A stretch of DNA of 64,000 nucleotides from Escherichia coli. GTDB lineage: Bacteria > Pseudomonadota > Gammaproteobacteria > Enterobacterales > Enterobacteriaceae. The stretch lies in assembly GCF_003019035.1 (NCBI RefSeq), contig NZ_CP027447.1; one strand, 5' to 3'. The notes under the pieces were generated by a model that searched no databases, was not told where the DNA came from, and saw nothing but the letters and a program-made list of their open reading frames with translations. The translations under genes and the position numbers were made by a program. Below, one piece after another: positions 11,147 through 25,176 of the stretch. How positions within the stretch are numbered: the stretch's first letter is position 1; each line of letters starts with the position of its first letter.

Positions 11147-11640
11147 TGAGTCAATCGATCTGTTCAACAGGGCTACGCTGGCTGTGGCTGGTGGTAGTCG
11201 TGCTGATTATCGATCTGGGCAGCAAATACCTGATCCTCCAGAACTTTGCTCTGGGGGATACGGTCCCGCTGTTCCCGTCGCTTAATCTGCATTATGCGCG
11301 TAACTATGGCGCGGCGTTTAGTTTCCTTGCCGATAGCGGCGGCTGGCAGCGTTGGTTCTTTGCCGGTATTGCGATTGGTATTAGCGTGATCCTGGCAGTG
11401 ATGATGTATCGCTCGAAGGCCACGCAGAAGCTAAACAATATCGCTTACGCGCTGATTATTGGCGGCGCGCTGGGCAACCTGTTCGACCGCCTGTGGCACG
11501 GCTTCGTTGTCGATATGATCGACTTCTACGTCGGCGACTGGCACTTCGCCACCTTCAACCTTGCCGATACTGCCATTTGTGTCGGTGCGGCACTGATTGT
11601 GCTGGAAGGTTTTTTACCTTCTAAAGCGAAAAAACAATAA
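11146..11640 (+). CDS. lspA: Lipoprotein signal peptidase II
   Basis: 164 aa hydrophobic ORF; its ATG overlaps the ileS stop (ATGA), as in the K-12 operon. Confidence 0.96.
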
Positions 11641-11647
11641 TAAACCC

Positions 11648-11696
11648 TGCCGGATGCAGCCTACAGATTGCTGCGAAATCGTAGGCCGCATCCGGC
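11648..11696. repeat. REP-like palindromic element
   Basis: TGCCGGATGCAGCC...GGCCGCATCCGGCA inverted repeat (one mismatch) between lspA and fkpB. Confidence 0.5.
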
Positions 11697-11726
11697 AAAA
11701 ATCCTCAAAAATAAGAGCAAACCTGC

Positions 11727-12176
11727 ATGTCTGAATCTGTACAGAGCAATAGCGCCGTCCTGGTGCACTTCACGCTAAAACTCGACGATGGCACCACCGC
11801 CGAGTCTACCCGCAACAACGGTAAACCGGCACTGTTCCGCCTGGGCGATGCTTCTCTTTCTGAAGGGCTGGAGCAACACCTGCTGGGGCTGAAAGTGGGC
11901 GATAAAACCACTTTCACGCTGGAGCCCGATGCGGCGTTTGGCGTGCCGTCACCGGACCTGATTCAGTACTTCTCCCGCCGTGAATTTATGGATGCAGGCG
12001 AGCCAGAAATTGGCGCAATCATGCTTTTTACCGCAATGGATGGCAGTGAGATGCCTGGCGTGATCCGCGAAATTAACGGCGACTCTATTACCGTTGATTT
12101 CAACCATCCGCTGGCCGGGCAGACCGTTCATTTTGATATTGAAGTGCTGGAAATCGATCCGGCACTGGAGGCGTAA
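11727..12176 (+). CDS. fkpB: FKBP-type peptidyl-prolyl cis-trans isomerase
   Basis: 149 aa ORF recognised as FkpB/SlpA; conserved position. Confidence 0.93.
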
Positions 12177-12177
12177 C

Positions 12178-13128
12178 ATGCAGATCCTGTTGGCCAACCC
12201 GCGTGGTTTTTGTGCCGGGGTAGACCGCGCTATCAGCATTGTTGAAAACGCGCTGGCCATTTACGGCGCACCGATATATGTCCGTCATGAAGTGGTGCAT
12301 AACCGCTATGTGGTCGATAGCCTGCGCGAGCGTGGGGCTATCTTTATTGAGCAGATCAGCGAAGTACCGGACGGCGCGATCCTGATTTTCTCCGCACACG
12401 GTGTTTCTCAGGCGGTACGTAACGAAGCGAAAAGCCGTGATTTGACGGTATTCGACGCCACCTGTCCGCTGGTGACCAAAGTGCATATGGAAGTCGCCCG
12501 CGCCAGTCGCCGTGGCGAAGAATCTATTCTCATCGGCCACGCCGGTCACCCGGAAGTGGAAGGTACGATGGGTCAGTACAGTAACCCGGAAGGGGGAATG
12601 TATCTGGTCGAATCGCCAGACGATGTGTGGAAACTGACGGTCAAAAACGAAGAGAAGCTCTCCTTTATGACCCAAACCACGCTGTCGGTGGATGACACGT
12701 CTGATGTGATCGACGCGCTGCGTAAACGCTTCCCGAAAATTGTCGGTCCGCGCAAAGATGACATCTGCTACGCCACTACTAACCGTCAGGAAGCGGTACG
12801 CGCCCTGGCAGAACAGGCGGAAGTTGTGCTGGTGGTCGGTTCGAAAAACTCCTCCAACTCCAACCGTCTGGCGGAGCTGGCCCAACGTATGGGCAAACGC
12901 GCGTTTTTGATTGACGATGCGAAAGATATCCAGGAAGAGTGGGTGAAAGAGGTTAAATGCGTCGGCGTGACTGCGGGCGCATCGGCTCCGGATATTCTGG
13001 TGCAGAATGTGGTGGCACGTTTGCAGCAGCTGGGTGGTGGTGAAGCCATTCCGCTGGAAGGCCGTGAAGAAAACATTGTTTTCGAAGTGCCGAAAGAGCT
13101 GCGTGTCGATATTCGTGAAGTCGATTAA
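12178..13128 (+). CDS. ispH: 4-hydroxy-3-methylbut-2-enyl diphosphate reductase
   Basis: Supplied ORF 12094-13128 starts at an upstream alternative codon; the recognised IspH N-terminus [18 protein letters not shown] begins at ATG 12178, giving 316 aa. Confidence 0.93.
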
Positions 13129-13154
13129 GTCATTAGCAGCCTAAGTTATGCGAA

Positions 13155-13182
13155 AATGCCGGTCTTGTTACCGGCATTTTTT
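13155..13182 (+). terminator. Rho-independent terminator after ispH
   Basis: Hairpin GCCGGTCTTGTTACCGGC followed by a T-run. Confidence 0.65.
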
Positions 13183-13193
13183 ATGGAGAAAAC

Positions 13194-14108
13194 ATGCGTT
13201 TACCTATCTTCCTCGATACTGACCCCGGCATTGACGATGCCGTCGCCATTGCCGCCGCGATTTTTGCCCCCGAACTCGACCTGCAACTGATGACCACCGT
13301 CGCGGGTAATGTCTCGGTTGAGAAAACCACCCGCAACGCCCTGCAACTGCTGCATTTCTGGAATGTGGATATTCCGCTTGCCCAGGGCGCTGCCGTACCA
13401 CTGGTTCGTGCGCCGCGCGATGCGGCATCTGTACACGGTGAATCGGGAATGGCTGGCTACGACTTTGTTGAGCACAACCGAAAGCCACTGGGTATACCGG
13501 CGTTTCTGGCAATTCGTGATGCCCTGATGCGTGCGCCAGAGCCCGTTACCCTGGTGGCCATCGGCCCGTTAACCAATATTGCGCTGTTACTTTCACAATG
13601 CCCGGAATGTAAGCCGTATATTCGCCGTCTGGTGATCATGGGCGGTTCTGCTGGTCGCGGCAACTGCACACCAAACGCCGAGTTTAATATCGCTGCCGAT
13701 CCAGAAGCGGCAGCCTGTGTCTTCCGTAGCGGCATCGAAATCGTCATGTGCGGTCTGGATGTCACCAATCAGGCAATATTAACCCCTGACTATCTCGCTA
13801 CTTTGCCGGAGTTGAATCGCACCGGAAAAATGCTCCACGCCCTGTTTAGCCACTACCGTAGCGGCAGTATGCAAAGCGGTCTGCGAATGCACGATCTCTG
13901 CGCCATCGCCTGGCTGGTGCGCCCGGACTTATTCACCCTCAAGCCGTGTTTTGTCGCGGTAGAAACTCAAGGCGAATTTACCTCAGGCACGACGGTAGTT
14001 GATATCGACGGCTGCCTGGGCAAACCAGCCAATGTAAAGGTGGCATTGGATCTGAATGTAAAAGGCTTCCAGCAGTGGGTAGCTGAGGTGCTGGCTCTGG
14101 TGCCGTAA
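13194..14108 (+). CDS. rihC: Non-specific ribonucleoside hydrolase
   Basis: 304 aa ORF with N-terminal DTDPGIDD nucleoside hydrolase motif. Confidence 0.93.
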   Translation: MRLPIFLDTDPGIDDAVAIAAAIFAPELDLQLMTTVAGNVSVEKTTRNALQLLHFWNVDIPLAQGAAVPLVRAPRDAASVHGESGMAGYDFVEHNRKPLGIPAFLAIRDALMRAPEPVTLVAIGPLTNIALLLSQCPECKPYIRRLVIMGGSAGRGNCTPNAEFNIAADPEAAACVFRSGIEIVMCGLDVTNQAILTPDYLATLPELNRTGKMLHALFSHYRSGSMQSGLRMHDLCAIAWLVRPDLFTLKPCFVAVETQGEFTSGTTVVDIDGCLGKPANVKVALDLNVKGFQQWVAEVLALVP

Positions 14109-14259
14109 CCTGTCACATGTTATCGGCATGCAGTCATTCATCGACTCATGCCTTTCACTGATATCCCTCCCTGTTTATCATTAATTTCTAATTATCAGCG
14201 TTTTTGGCTGGCGGCGTAGCGATGCGCTGGTTACTCTGAAAACGGTCTATGCAAATTAA

Positions 14260-15096
<837 letters not shown>

Positions 15097-15148
15097 CCAC
15101 AAAATATTTATAGTGATGCAAAAATAACACATTTAATTCATTGAATAT

Positions 15149-15180
15149 AAAGGGCTTTAATTTTTGGCCCTTTTATTTTT
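15149..15180 (+). terminator. Putative terminator after dapB
   Basis: Hairpin AAAGGGC...GCCCTTT followed by TATTTTT. Confidence 0.45.
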
Positions 15181-15499
15181 GGTGTTATGTTTTTAAATTT
15201 AATGCAAATGCTGAAAATTACATGTTTTGTATTCTGTTTTTGTTGTTTTAATGTAAATTTTGACCATTTGGTCCACTTTTTTCTGCTCATTTTGATTTCA
15301 TGCAATCTTCTTGCTGCGCAAGCGTTTTCCAGAACATGTTATATGATCTTTTTGTCGCTTAATGCCTGTAAAACATGCATGAGCCACAAAATAATATAAA
15401 AAATCCCGCCATTAAGTTGACTTTTAGCTCCCATATCTCCAGAATGCCGCCGTTTGCCAGAAATTCGTCGGTAAGCAGATTTGCATTGATTTACGTCAT

Positions 15500-15540
15500 C
15501 ATTGTGAATTAATATGCAAATAAAGTGAGTGAATATTCTC
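15500..15540 (+). promoter_or_regulatory. carAB P2 promoter region with tandem ARG-box-like operators
   Basis: TGTGAATTAATATGCAAATAAAGTGAGTGAATATTC immediately upstream of carA, recognised as the arginine-repressor operator pair at carP2. Confidence 0.55.
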
Positions 15541-15551
15541 TGGAGGGTGTT

Positions 15552-16700
15552 TTGATTAAGTCAGCGCTATTGGTTCTGGAAGACGGAACCCAGTTTCACG
15601 GTCGGGCCATAGGGGCAACAGGTTCGGCGGTTGGGGAAGTCGTTTTCAATACTTCAATGACCGGTTATCAAGAAATCCTCACTGATCCTTCCTATTCTCG
15701 TCAAATCGTTACTCTTACTTATCCCCATATTGGCAATGTCGGCACTAATGACGCCGATGAAGAATCTTCTCAGGTACATGCCCAAGGTCTGGTGATTCGC
15801 GACCTGCCGCTGATTGCCAGCAACTTCCGTAATACCGAAGACCTCTCTTCTTACCTGAAGCGCCATAACATCGTGGCGATTGCCGATATCGATACCCGTA
15901 AGCTGACGCGTTTACTGCGTGAGAAAGGTGCTCAGAATGGCTGCATTATTGCGGGTGACAACCCGGATGCGGCGCTGGCGTTAGAAAAAGCCCGTGCGTT
16001 CCCAGGTCTGAACGGCATGGATCTGGCAAAAGAAGTAACCACCGCAGAACCCTATAGCTGGACACAAGGGAGCTGGACACTGACCGGCGGCCTGCCAGAA
16101 GCGAAAAAAGAAGACGAGCTGCCGTTCCACGTCGTGGCTTATGATTTTGGTGCCAAGCGCAACATCCTGCGTATGCTGGTGGATAGAGGTTGTCGACTGA
16201 CCATCGTTCCGGCACAAACTTCTGCGGAAGATGTGCTGAAAATGAATCCGGACGGCATCTTCCTCTCCAACGGTCCTGGCGACCCGGCCCCGTGCGATTA
16301 CGCCATTACCGCCATCCAGAAATTCCTCGAAACCGATATTCCGGTATTCGGCATCTGTCTCGGTCATCAGCTGCTGGCGCTGGCGAGCGGTGCGAAGACC
16401 ATCAAAATGAAATTTGGTCACCACGGCGGCAACCATCCGGTTAAAGATGTTGAGAAAAACGTGGTGATGATCACCGCCCAGAACCACGGTTTTGCGGTGG
16501 ACGAAGCAACATTACCTGCAAACCTGCGTGTCACGCATAAATCCCTGTTCGACGGTACGTTACAGGGCATTCATCGCACCGATAAACCGGCGTTCAGCTT
16601 CCAGGGTCACCCGGAAGCCAGCCCTGGTCCACACGACGCCGCGCCGTTGTTCGACCACTTTATCGCGTTAATTGAGCAGTACCGTAAAACCGCTAAGTAA
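15552..16700 (+). CDS. carA: Carbamoyl-phosphate synthase small (glutaminase) subunit
   Basis: Recognised CarA begins (M)[18 protein letters not shown] at the TTG codon 15552 (382 aa); the supplied ORF starts at an upstream ATG (15525). Confidence 0.9.
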   Translation: MIKSALLVLEDGTQFHGRAIGATGSAVGEVVFNTSMTGYQEILTDPSYSRQIVTLTYPHIGNVGTNDADEESSQVHAQGLVIRDLPLIASNFRNTEDLSSYLKRHNIVAIADIDTRKLTRLLREKGAQNGCIIAGDNPDAALALEKARAFPGLNGMDLAKEVTTAEPYSWTQGSWTLTGGLPEAKKEDELPFHVVAYDFGAKRNILRMLVDRGCRLTIVPAQTSAEDVLKMNPDGIFLSNGPGDPAPCDYAITAIQKFLETDIPVFGICLGHQLLALASGAKTIKMKFGHHGGNHPVKDVEKNVVMITAQNHGFAVDEATLPANLRVTHKSLFDGTLQGIHRTDKPAFSFQGHPEASPGPHDAAPLFDHFIALIEQYRKTAK

Positions 16701-16717
16701 TCAGGAGTAAAAGAGCC

Positions 16718-19700
16718 ATGCCAAAACGTACAGATATAAAAAGTATCCTGATTCTGGGTGCGGGCCCGATTGTTATCGGTCAGGCGTGTGAGTTTGACTA
16801 CTCTGGCGCGCAAGCGTGTAAAGCCCTGCGTGAAGAGGGCTACCGCGTCATTCTGGTGAACTCCAACCCAGCGACCATCATGACCGACCCGGAAATGGCT
16901 GATGCAACCTACATCGAGCCGATTCACTGGGAAGTGGTACGCAAGATTATTGAAAAAGAGCGCCCGGACGCGGTGCTGCCAACCATGGGGGGGCAGACGG
17001 CGCTGAACTGTGCGCTGGAGCTTGAGCGTCAGGGCGTGCTGGAAGAGTTCGGCGTCACCATGATTGGTGCCACTGCCGATGCGATTGATAAAGCCGAAGA
17101 CCGCCGCCGTTTCGACGTAGCGATGAAGAAAATCGGTCTGGAAACTGCGCGTTCCGGTATCGCTCATTCAATGGAAGAAGCGCTGGCGGTTGCCGCTGAC
17201 GTGGGCTTCCCGTGCATTATTCGCCCATCCTTTACCATGGGCGGTAGCGGTGGCGGTATCGCTTATAACCGTGAAGAGTTTGAAGAAATTTGCGCCCGCG
17301 GTCTGGATCTCTCCCCAACCAAAGAGCTGCTGATTGATGAGTCGCTGATCGGCTGGAAAGAGTACGAGATGGAAGTGGTGCGTGATAAAAACGACAACTG
17401 CATCATCGTCTGCTCTATCGAAAACTTTGATGCGATGGGCATCCATACCGGTGACTCCATCACTGTCGCGCCAGCCCAAACGCTGACCGACAAAGAATAT
17501 CAAATCATGCGTAACGCCTCGATGGCGGTGCTGCGTGAAATCGGCGTTGAAACCGGTGGTTCCAATGTCCAGTTTGCGGTGAACCCGAAAAACGGTCGCC
17601 TGATTGTTATCGAAATGAACCCACGCGTGTCCCGTTCTTCGGCGCTGGCGTCGAAAGCGACCGGTTTCCCGATTGCTAAAGTGGCGGCGAAACTGGCGGT
17701 GGGTTACACCCTCGACGAACTGATGAACGACATCACTGGCGGACGTACTCCGGCCTCCTTCGAGCCGTCCATCGACTATGTGGTTACTAAAATTCCTCGC
17801 TTCAACTTCGAAAAATTCGCTGGTGCTAACGACCGTCTGACCACTCAGATGAAATCGGTTGGCGAAGTGATGGCGATTGGTCGCACGCAGCAGGAATCCC
17901 TGCAAAAAGCGCTGCGCGGCCTGGAAGTGGGCGCAACTGGCTTCGACCCGAAAGTCAGTCTCGACGACCCGGAAGCGCTGACTAAAATCCGCCGCGAACT
18001 GAAAGATGCAGGCGCAGAGCGTATCTGGTATATCGCTGATGCCTTCCGCGCGGGCCTGTCTGTAGACGGTGTGTTTAATTTGACCAACATTGATCGCTGG
18101 TTCCTGGTACAGATTGAAGAGCTGGTGCGTCTGGAAGAGAAAGTCGCAGAAGTGGGCATCACTGGCCTGAACGCTGAATTCCTGCGCCAGCTGAAACGCA
18201 AAGGCTTTGCCGATGCGCGTCTGGCAAAACTCGCGGGCGTGCGTGAAGCAGAAATCCGCAAGCTGCGCGACCAGTATGACCTGCACCCGGTTTATAAGCG
18301 CGTGGATACCTGTGCGGCAGAGTTCGCCACCGACACCGCTTACATGTACTCCACTTATGAAGAAGAGTGCGAAGCGAATCCGTCCACCGATCGTGAAAAA
18401 ATCATGGTGCTCGGCGGCGGCCCGAACCGTATCGGTCAGGGTATCGAATTCGACTACTGCTGTGTACACGCCTCGCTGGCGCTGCGCGAAGATGGTTACG
18501 AAACCATTATGGTTAACTGTAACCCGGAAACCGTCTCTACCGACTACGACACTTCCGATCGCCTCTACTTCGAGCCGGTAACTCTGGAAGATGTGCTGGA
18601 AATCGTGCGCATCGAGAAGCCGAAAGGCGTTATCGTCCAGTACGGCGGTCAGACCCCGCTGAAACTGGCGCGCGCGCTGGAAGCGGCTGGCGTACCGGTT
18701 ATCGGCACCAGCCCGGATGCTATCGACCGTGCGGAAGACCGTGAACGCTTCCAGCATGCGGTTGACCGTCTGAAACTGAAACAACCGGCGAACGCCACCG
18801 TTACCACCATCGAAATGGCGGTTGAGAAAGCGAAAGAGATTGGCTACCCGCTGGTGGTGCGTCCGTCTTACGTTCTCGGCGGTCGGGCGATGGAAATCGT
18901 CTATGACGAAGCTGACCTGCGTCGCTACTTCCAGACAGCGGTCAGCGTATCTAACGATGCGCCAGTGTTGCTGGACCACTTCCTTGATGACGCAGTAGAA
19001 GTTGACGTGGATGCCATCTGCGACGGCGAAATGGTGCTGATTGGCGGCATCATGGAGCATATTGAGCAGGCGGGCGTGCACTCCGGTGACTCCGCATGTT
19101 CTCTGCCAGCCTACACCTTAAGTCAGGAAATTCAGGATGTGATGCGCCAGCAGGTGCAGAAACTGGCCTTCGAATTGCAGGTGCGCGGCCTGATGAACGT
19201 GCAGTTTGCGGTGAAAAACAACGAAGTCTACCTGATTGAAGTTAACCCGCGTGCGGCGCGTACCGTTCCGTTCGTCTCCAAAGCCACCGGCGTACCGCTG
19301 GCAAAAGTGGCGGCGCGTGTGATGGCTGGCAAATCGCTGGCTGAGCAGGGCGTAACCAAAGAAGTTATCCCGCCGTACTACTCGGTGAAAGAAGTGGTGC
19401 TGCCGTTCAATAAATTCCCGGGCGTTGACCCGCTGTTAGGGCCAGAAATGCGCTCTACCGGGGAAGTCATGGGCGTGGGCCGCACCTTCGCTGAAGCGTT
19501 TGCCAAAGCGCAGCTGGGCAGCAACTCCACCATGAAGAAACACGGTCGTGCGCTGCTTTCCGTGCGCGAAGGCGATAAAGAACGCGTGGTGGACCTGGCG
19601 GCAAAACTGCTGAAACAGGGCTTCGAGCTGGATGCGACTCACGGCACGGCGATTGTGCTGGGCGAAGCGGGTATCAATCCGCGTCTGGTGAACAAGGTGC

Positions 19701-19939
19701 ATGAAGGCCGTCCGCACATTCAGGACCGCATCAAGAATGGCGAATATACCTACATCATCAACACCACCTCAGGCCGTCGTGCGATTGAAGACTCCCGCGT
19801 GATCCGTCGCAGTGCGCTGCAATATAAAGTGCATTACGACACCACCCTGAACGGCGGCTTTGCCACCGCGATGGCGCTGAATGCCGATGCGACCGAAAAA
19901 GTAATTTCGGTGCAGGAAATGCACGCGCAGATCAAATAA
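16718..19939 (+). CDS. carB: Carbamoyl-phosphate synthase large subunit
   Basis: 1073 aa ORF with duplicated ATP-grasp halves; 17 nt after carA. Confidence 0.98.
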   Translation: MPKRTDIKSILILGAGPIVIGQACEFDYSGAQACKALREEGYRVILVNSNPATIMTDPEMADATYIEPIHWEVVRKIIEKERPDAVLPTMGGQTALNCALELERQGVLEEFGVTMIGATADAIDKAEDRRRFDVAMKKIGLETARSGIAHSMEEALAVAADVGFPCIIRPSFTMGGSGGGIAYNREEFEEICARGLDLSPTKELLIDESLIGWKEYEMEVVRDKNDNCIIVCSIENFDAMGIHTGDSITVAPAQTLTDKEYQIMRNASMAVLREIGVETGGSNVQFAVNPKNGRLIVIEMNPRVSRSSALASKATGFPIAKVAAKLAVGYTLDELMNDITGGRTPASFEPSIDYVVTKIPRFNFEKFAGANDRLTTQMKSVGEVMAIGRTQQESLQKALRGLEVGATGFDPKVSLDDPEALTKIRRELKDAGAERIWYIADAFRAGLSVDGVFNLTNIDRWFLVQIEELVRLEEKVAEVGITGLNAEFLRQLKRKGFADARLAKLAGVREAEIRKLRDQYDLHPVYKRVDTCAAEFATDTAYMYSTYEEECEANPSTDREKIMVLGGGPNRIGQGIEFDYCCVHASLALREDGYETIMVNCNPETVSTDYDTSDRLYFEPVTLEDVLEIVRIEKPKGVIVQYGGQTPLKLARALEAAGVPVIGTSPDAIDRAEDRERFQHAVDRLKLKQPANATVTTIEMAVEKAKEIGYPLVVRPSYVLGGRAMEIVYDEADLRRYFQTAVSVSNDAPVLLDHFLDDAVEVDVDAICDGEMVLIGGIMEHIEQAGVHSGDSACSLPAYTLSQEIQDVMRQQVQKLAFELQVRGLMNVQFAVKNNEVYLIEVNPRAARTVPFVSKATGVPLAKVAARVMAGKSLAEQGVTKEVIPPYYSVKEVVLPFNKFPGVDPLLGPEMRSTGEVMGVGRTFAEAFAKAQLGSNSTMKKHGRALLSVREGDKERVVDLAAKLLKQGFELDATHGTAIVLGEAGINPRLVNKVHEGRPHIQDRIKNGEYTYIINTTSGRRAIEDSRVIRRSALQYKVHYDTTLNGGFATAMALNADATEKVISVQEMHAQIK

Positions 19940-19992
19940 TAGCGTGTCATGGCGGATATTTTTCATCCGCTAATTTGATCGAATAACTAATA

Positions 19993-20020
19993 CGGTTCTC
20001 TGATGAGGACCGTTTTTTTT
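19993..20020 (+). terminator. Rho-independent terminator after carB
   Basis: Stem CGGTTCTC / GAGGACCG followed by eight T. Confidence 0.7.
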
Positions 20021-20199
20021 GCCCATTAAGTAAATCTTTTGGGGAATCGATATTTTTGATGACATAAGCAGGATTTAGCTCACACTTATCGACGGTGAAG
20101 TTGCATACTATCGATATATCCACAATTTTAATATGGCCTTGTTTAATTGCTGCAAAACGAGTCATAGCCAGACTTTTAATTTGTGAAACTGGAGTTCGT

Positions 20200-20595
20200 A
20201 TGTGTGAAGGATATGTTGAAAAACCACTCTACTTGTTAATCGCCGAATGGATGATGGCTGAAAATCGGTGGGTGATAGCAAGAGAGATCTCTATTCATTT
20301 CGATATTGAACACAGCAAGGCGGTTAATACCCTGACTTATATTCTGTCGGAAGTCACAGAAATAAGCTGCGAAGTTAAGATGATCCCTAATAAGCTGGAA
20401 GGGCGGGGATGCCAGTGTCAGCGACTGGTTAAAGTGGTCGATATCGATGAGCAAATTTACGCGCGCCTGCGCAATAACAGCCGGGATAAATTAGTCGGCG
20501 TAAGAAAGACGCCGCGTATTCCTGCCGTTCCGCTCACGGAACTTAACCGCGAGCAGAAGTGGCAGATGATGTTGTCAAAGAGTATGCGTCGTTAA
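20200..20595 (+). CDS. caiF: Transcriptional activator of the cai and fix operons
   Basis: Recognised CaiF N-terminus MCEGYVEKPLYLLIAEWMM begins at ATG 20200 (131 aa); the supplied ORF extends upstream. Confidence 0.88.
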   Translation: MCEGYVEKPLYLLIAEWMMAENRWVIAREISIHFDIEHSKAVNTLTYILSEVTEISCEVKMIPNKLEGRGCQCQRLVKVVDIDEQIYARLRNNSRDKLVGVRKTPRIPAVPLTELNREQKWQMMLSKSMRR

Positions 20596-20625
20596 TGTCG
20601 TTTCGTTGATACCGTGCGACCTGGT

Positions 20626-20710
20626 CGCCGGATGCGATGCTGGCGCATCTTATACGGCTTACGGTTGCTTTCCAGCCAGGTCGGATAAGGCGGTTGCGCC
20701 GCATCCGGCA
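20626..20710. repeat. BIME/REP-like inverted pair
   Basis: Degenerate GCCGGATGCG... unit and inverted ...CGCCGCATCCGGCA unit between caiF and caiE. Confidence 0.45.
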
Positions 20711-20713
20711 TGA

Positions 20714-21304
20714 TCACCGTTTCGGCATCACATCCGTCGTCCCCTGCAAACGGGGACGATTTTCCTCCATTTGCCTCAGTGGTTGTGTTTCATGTAACGA
20801 TGCATGACAGCGCCCGACAAGATCCTGATACTCTTTGGTATTCAACCGTTTCCAGTGTAACTCGTCGTCACTAACACTGCGTACAGCGCGGGCTGGCGTA
20901 CCCATCAACAACTGGCGTTTATCGCCGCGAAAGCCCGCTTTGACAAAGCTCATGGCGGCAACAATGCTCTCTTCGCCAATGACCGCGCCATCCATAATCA
21001 CGCTGTTCATCCCGACCAGTGCATCGCGACCAATCACACAACCATGCAGGATCGCTCCGTGCCCGATATGGCCGTTTTCCCCAACGATGGTGTCAGTGTC
21101 GCAGTAGCCATGCATAATGCAGCCATCCTGAATATTGGCTCCCGCTTGCACGATCAACCGCCCGTAGTCACCACGCAGTGAGGCGAGTGGGCCGATGTAG
21201 ACACCGGCTCCCACAATCACATCGCCAATCAAGACCGCACTGGGATGGACAAACGCCGTCGGGTGAACCACCGGAATTAACCCCTCAAAGGCGTAATAGC
21301 TCAC
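20714..21304 (-). CDS. caiE: Carnitine operon protein CaiE (hexapeptide-repeat transferase-like)
   Basis: Recognised CaiE starts (M)[14 protein letters not shown] at GTG 21304-21302 (196 aa); the supplied ORF starts at GTG 21325 and would overlap caiD. Confidence 0.88.
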   Translation of the reverse strand: MSYYAFEGLIPVVHPTAFVHPSAVLIGDVIVGAGVYIGPLASLRGDYGRLIVQAGANIQDGCIMHGYCDTDTIVGENGHIGHGAILHGCVIGRDALVGMNSVIMDGAVIGEESIVAAMSFVKAGFRGDKRQLLMGTPARAVRSVSDDELHWKRLNTKEYQDLVGRCHASLHETQPLRQMEENRPRLQGTTDVMPKR

Positions 21305-21309
21305 GGTTG

Positions 21310-22095
21310 TTAACGTCCTTTCCACACCGGATCGCGCTTCTCGGCAAACGCCAGCGGCCCTTCAATGGCATCTTCCGAATGCAGAACCGACGGATAGTGT
21401 TTCAACACGCCGCTGCGAATATAGCGATACGCTTCTTCTACCGGCATTTCGCTGGTGGTGCGGTAGATCTCTTTCAGCGCCGCAATCGCCAGCGGAGCGC
21501 TGTTAACCAGCTGCTGCGCCAGTTCGCGGGCGTTATCCATCAGTTCCGCCTGGCTAACCACGCGGTTGACTATCCCCCAACGCAGCGCCTCTTCTGCGCC
21601 CATTCGTCTGCCGGTCATCACCATTTCATTGACGATGGCAGGCGGCAGGATCTTCGGCAGACGCAGCACGCCGCCGCTGTCAGGAACGATGCCCAGTTTG
21701 GCTTCCGGCAGGGCGAAGCTGGCGTTATCGGCACAGACAATAAAATCTGCCGCCAGTGCCAGTTCAAAGCCGCCGCCAAAGGCATAGCCGTTCACAGCGG
21801 CGATAACTGGTTTGTCGAGATTGAAAATTTCGGTTAATCCCGCAAAACCACCCGGGCCAAAGTCAGCATCCGGTGCTTCGCCTTCTGCTGCCGCTTTTAA
21901 ATCCCAGCCCGCGGAAAAGAATTTCTCTCCGGCACCGGTAATAATGGCGACACGTAATTGCGGATCGTCTCGGAAATTTAGAAATACTTCGCCCATTTCA
22001 AAGCTGGTTTTTGCATCAATAGCATTCGCTTTTGGACGATCAAGGGTAATTTCCAGAATTGATCCATTGCGGGTCAGATGTAATGATTCACTCAT
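21310..22095 (-). CDS. caiD: Carnitinyl-CoA dehydratase (crotonase fold)
   Basis: Recognised CaiD N-terminus [18 protein letters not shown] at ATG 22095 with SD AAGGAA upstream (261 aa); the supplied ORF extends 36 codons further. Confidence 0.88.
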   Translation of the reverse strand: MSESLHLTRNGSILEITLDRPKANAIDAKTSFEMGEVFLNFRDDPQLRVAIITGAGEKFFSAGWDLKAAAEGEAPDADFGPGGFAGLTEIFNLDKPVIAAVNGYAFGGGFELALAADFIVCADNASFALPEAKLGIVPDSGGVLRLPKILPPAIVNEMVMTGRRMGAEEALRWGIVNRVVSQAELMDNARELAQQLVNSAPLAIAALKEIYRTTSEMPVEEAYRYIRSGVLKHYPSVLHSEDAIEGPLAFAEKRDPVWKGR

Positions 22096-22203
22096 TCCTT
22101 TTCTCCATTTTTGCTTTTTCAGGGACGACAACATCCCTGCAAAAAATGCATATTGTTTTAGAACGTGATTATTAGCTGGCAGGGTAGTTCCCTGCTGTTT
22201 CAT

Positions 22204-23757
22204 TTATTTCAGATTCTTTCTAATTATTTTCCCCGAGCAATTACGTGGCAGATCTTTTCTGATCTCCAGATAAGAGGGCACTTTAAATTTCGCCATATTT
22301 TGTTCGCAGAAGCGGAAAAATTCCTCTTCGCTCAATGTTTCACCTTCATTCAGCACCACAAATGCTTTGATGGCTTCATCGCGTATCGAATCTTTAATAC
22401 CCACAACCACGATGTCCTGAATTTTCGGGTGCGCGGCGATGATATTTTCCAGCTCCACGCAGGAGACATTCTCGCCCCCGCGTTTGATCATATTGCAGCG
22501 GCGATCGACGAAATAAAAAAAGCCCTCTTCGTCGCGGTATCCGGTATCGCCGGTATGTAGCCAGCCATCGGCTTCCAGTACTTTCGCAGTGGCTTTCGGG
22601 TTGAGAAAATACTCTTTGAAGATGGTTTTCCCTGGTACGCCTTTAATACAGATTTCACCGATCTCACCTGCCGGGAGCGGGCGATTGTGATCGTCGCGGA
22701 TCTCCGCTTCGTAGCAAAACCCCGCCCGACCAATCGACGGCCAGCGTCGTTTATCGCCAGGGCGATCGCCGATAATGCCCACAATGGTTTCCGTCATCCC
22801 ATAAGACGTCAGCAAGCGAACGCCGAAGCGTTCACAAAATGCGTCTTTTTCCTGCTCCGACAAGTTGAGATAAAACATCACTTCCCGCAGGCGGTGTTGC
22901 CGATCGTTCGCTGAAGGCGGCTGTACCATCAACGTACGGATCATCATCGGAATACATTCGGTAATGGTGGCGCGGTACTTCTGCACCTGTCCCCAGAAGG
23001 CGCGGGCGCTGTATTTCTCGACCAGCACAAAGGTGGCCCCGGCAGAAAACGCCGCCATCGCCGCAGTACACTGGCAATCGATATGAAACGCAGGCATTAC
23101 CGTCAGGTAGACGTCATCGTCACGCAGTGCACACTGCCAGGCGGAGTAATATCCAGCGAAGCGCAGGTTGTAATGGGTAATCACCACACCTTTCGGTCGG
23201 GAGGTAGTGCCGGAGGTGAAGAGAATTTCCGCCGTATCGTCAGTCGATAGCGGCGGTGCATAGCACAAGGTGGCAGGTTGTTGATTTTTCAGTTGAGTAA
23301 ACGAACTCACGCCATCATCAGCGGGAAGTGCCACATCTGTCAGGCAAATGTGCCGCAACTGCGTGGCATCTTCCTGCTGAATCTGTTGATACATGGGATA
23401 GAATTGCGCACTGGTCACCAGCAGGCACGCCTGGCTATTTTGCAGGATCCACGCGCTTTCCTCGCGCAACAGGCGGGCGTTAATTGGCACCATAATCGCG
23501 CCAATTTTTGCCAGCCCGAACCAGCAAAAGATAAATTCCGGGCAGTTGTCGAGATGTAGAGCAACCTTGTCGCCTTTGCGAATCCCCAGCGCATAAAACA
23601 GGTTTGCCGTGCGGTTAATCTCCTGATTTAACTCAAGATAACTATACCGGCTAACGACTCCGCTGCTGGATTCACAAATCAGCGCCGTTTTATGACCGTA
23701 AACGTCCGCCAGATCGTCCCACATTTGACGTAGATGTTGTCCGCCAATGATATCCAT
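22204..23757 (-). CDS. caiC: Crotonobetaine/carnitine-CoA ligase
   Basis: AMP-binding enzyme; recognised N-terminus [13 protein letters not shown] at ATG 23757 (517 aa). An alternative ATG lies at 23772. Confidence 0.9.
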   Translation of the reverse strand: MDIIGGQHLRQMWDDLADVYGHKTALICESSSGVVSRYSYLELNQEINRTANLFYALGIRKGDKVALHLDNCPEFIFCWFGLAKIGAIMVPINARLLREESAWILQNSQACLLVTSAQFYPMYQQIQQEDATQLRHICLTDVALPADDGVSSFTQLKNQQPATLCYAPPLSTDDTAEILFTSGTTSRPKGVVITHYNLRFAGYYSAWQCALRDDDVYLTVMPAFHIDCQCTAAMAAFSAGATFVLVEKYSARAFWGQVQKYRATITECIPMMIRTLMVQPPSANDRQHRLREVMFYLNLSEQEKDAFCERFGVRLLTSYGMTETIVGIIGDRPGDKRRWPSIGRAGFCYEAEIRDDHNRPLPAGEIGEICIKGVPGKTIFKEYFLNPKATAKVLEADGWLHTGDTGYRDEEGFFYFVDRRCNMIKRGGENVSCVELENIIAAHPKIQDIVVVGIKDSIRDEAIKAFVVLNEGETLSEEEFFRFCEQNMAKFKVPSYLEIRKDLPRNCSGKIIRKNLK

Positions 23758-23830
23758 TGCACCTCTATCCATTGTTGTTCGTTTGTTATTGGGCGGGCGC
23801 TAGCCAGGCAAGCCGACTGACGCCACGCGT

Positions 23831-25066
<1,236 letters not shown>

Positions 25067-25083
25067 TTATGTAGCGCATGACT

Positions 25084-25166
25084 GCCGGATGCGGCGTAAA
25101 CGCTTTATCCGGCCTACATTCGTGCTCCCGTAGGTCTGATAAGACGCGTCAGCGTCGCATCAGGCA
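25084..25166. repeat. BIME (pair of inverted REP units)
   Basis: GCCGGATGCGGCGTAAACGCTTTATCCGGCCTAC followed by TAGGTCTGATAAGACGCGTCAGCGTCGCATCAGGC in the caiB-caiA spacer. Confidence 0.65.
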
Positions 25167-25176
25167 GCGCACGGAC

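Noticed and set aside
12094-13128. N-terminally extended versions of known genes in the ORF track (ispH 12094, carA 15525, caiF 20095, caiD 22203, fixA 28274, kefC 33608, folA 35623, apaG 38156, djlA 43818, araD 54432, araC 58157, thiQ 60737, thiB 63281)
   Set aside because: The track appears to start ORFs at the first ATG/GTG/TTG after a stop. The recognised protein N-termini begin at internal start codons with better Shine-Dalgarno context, so the extensions were trimmed.
15187-15399. 70-aa plus-strand ORF in the carAB upstream region
   Set aside because: It lies in the AT-rich carAB promoter/operator region, has low-complexity Phe/Cys/Leu-rich sequence and no ribosome-binding site.
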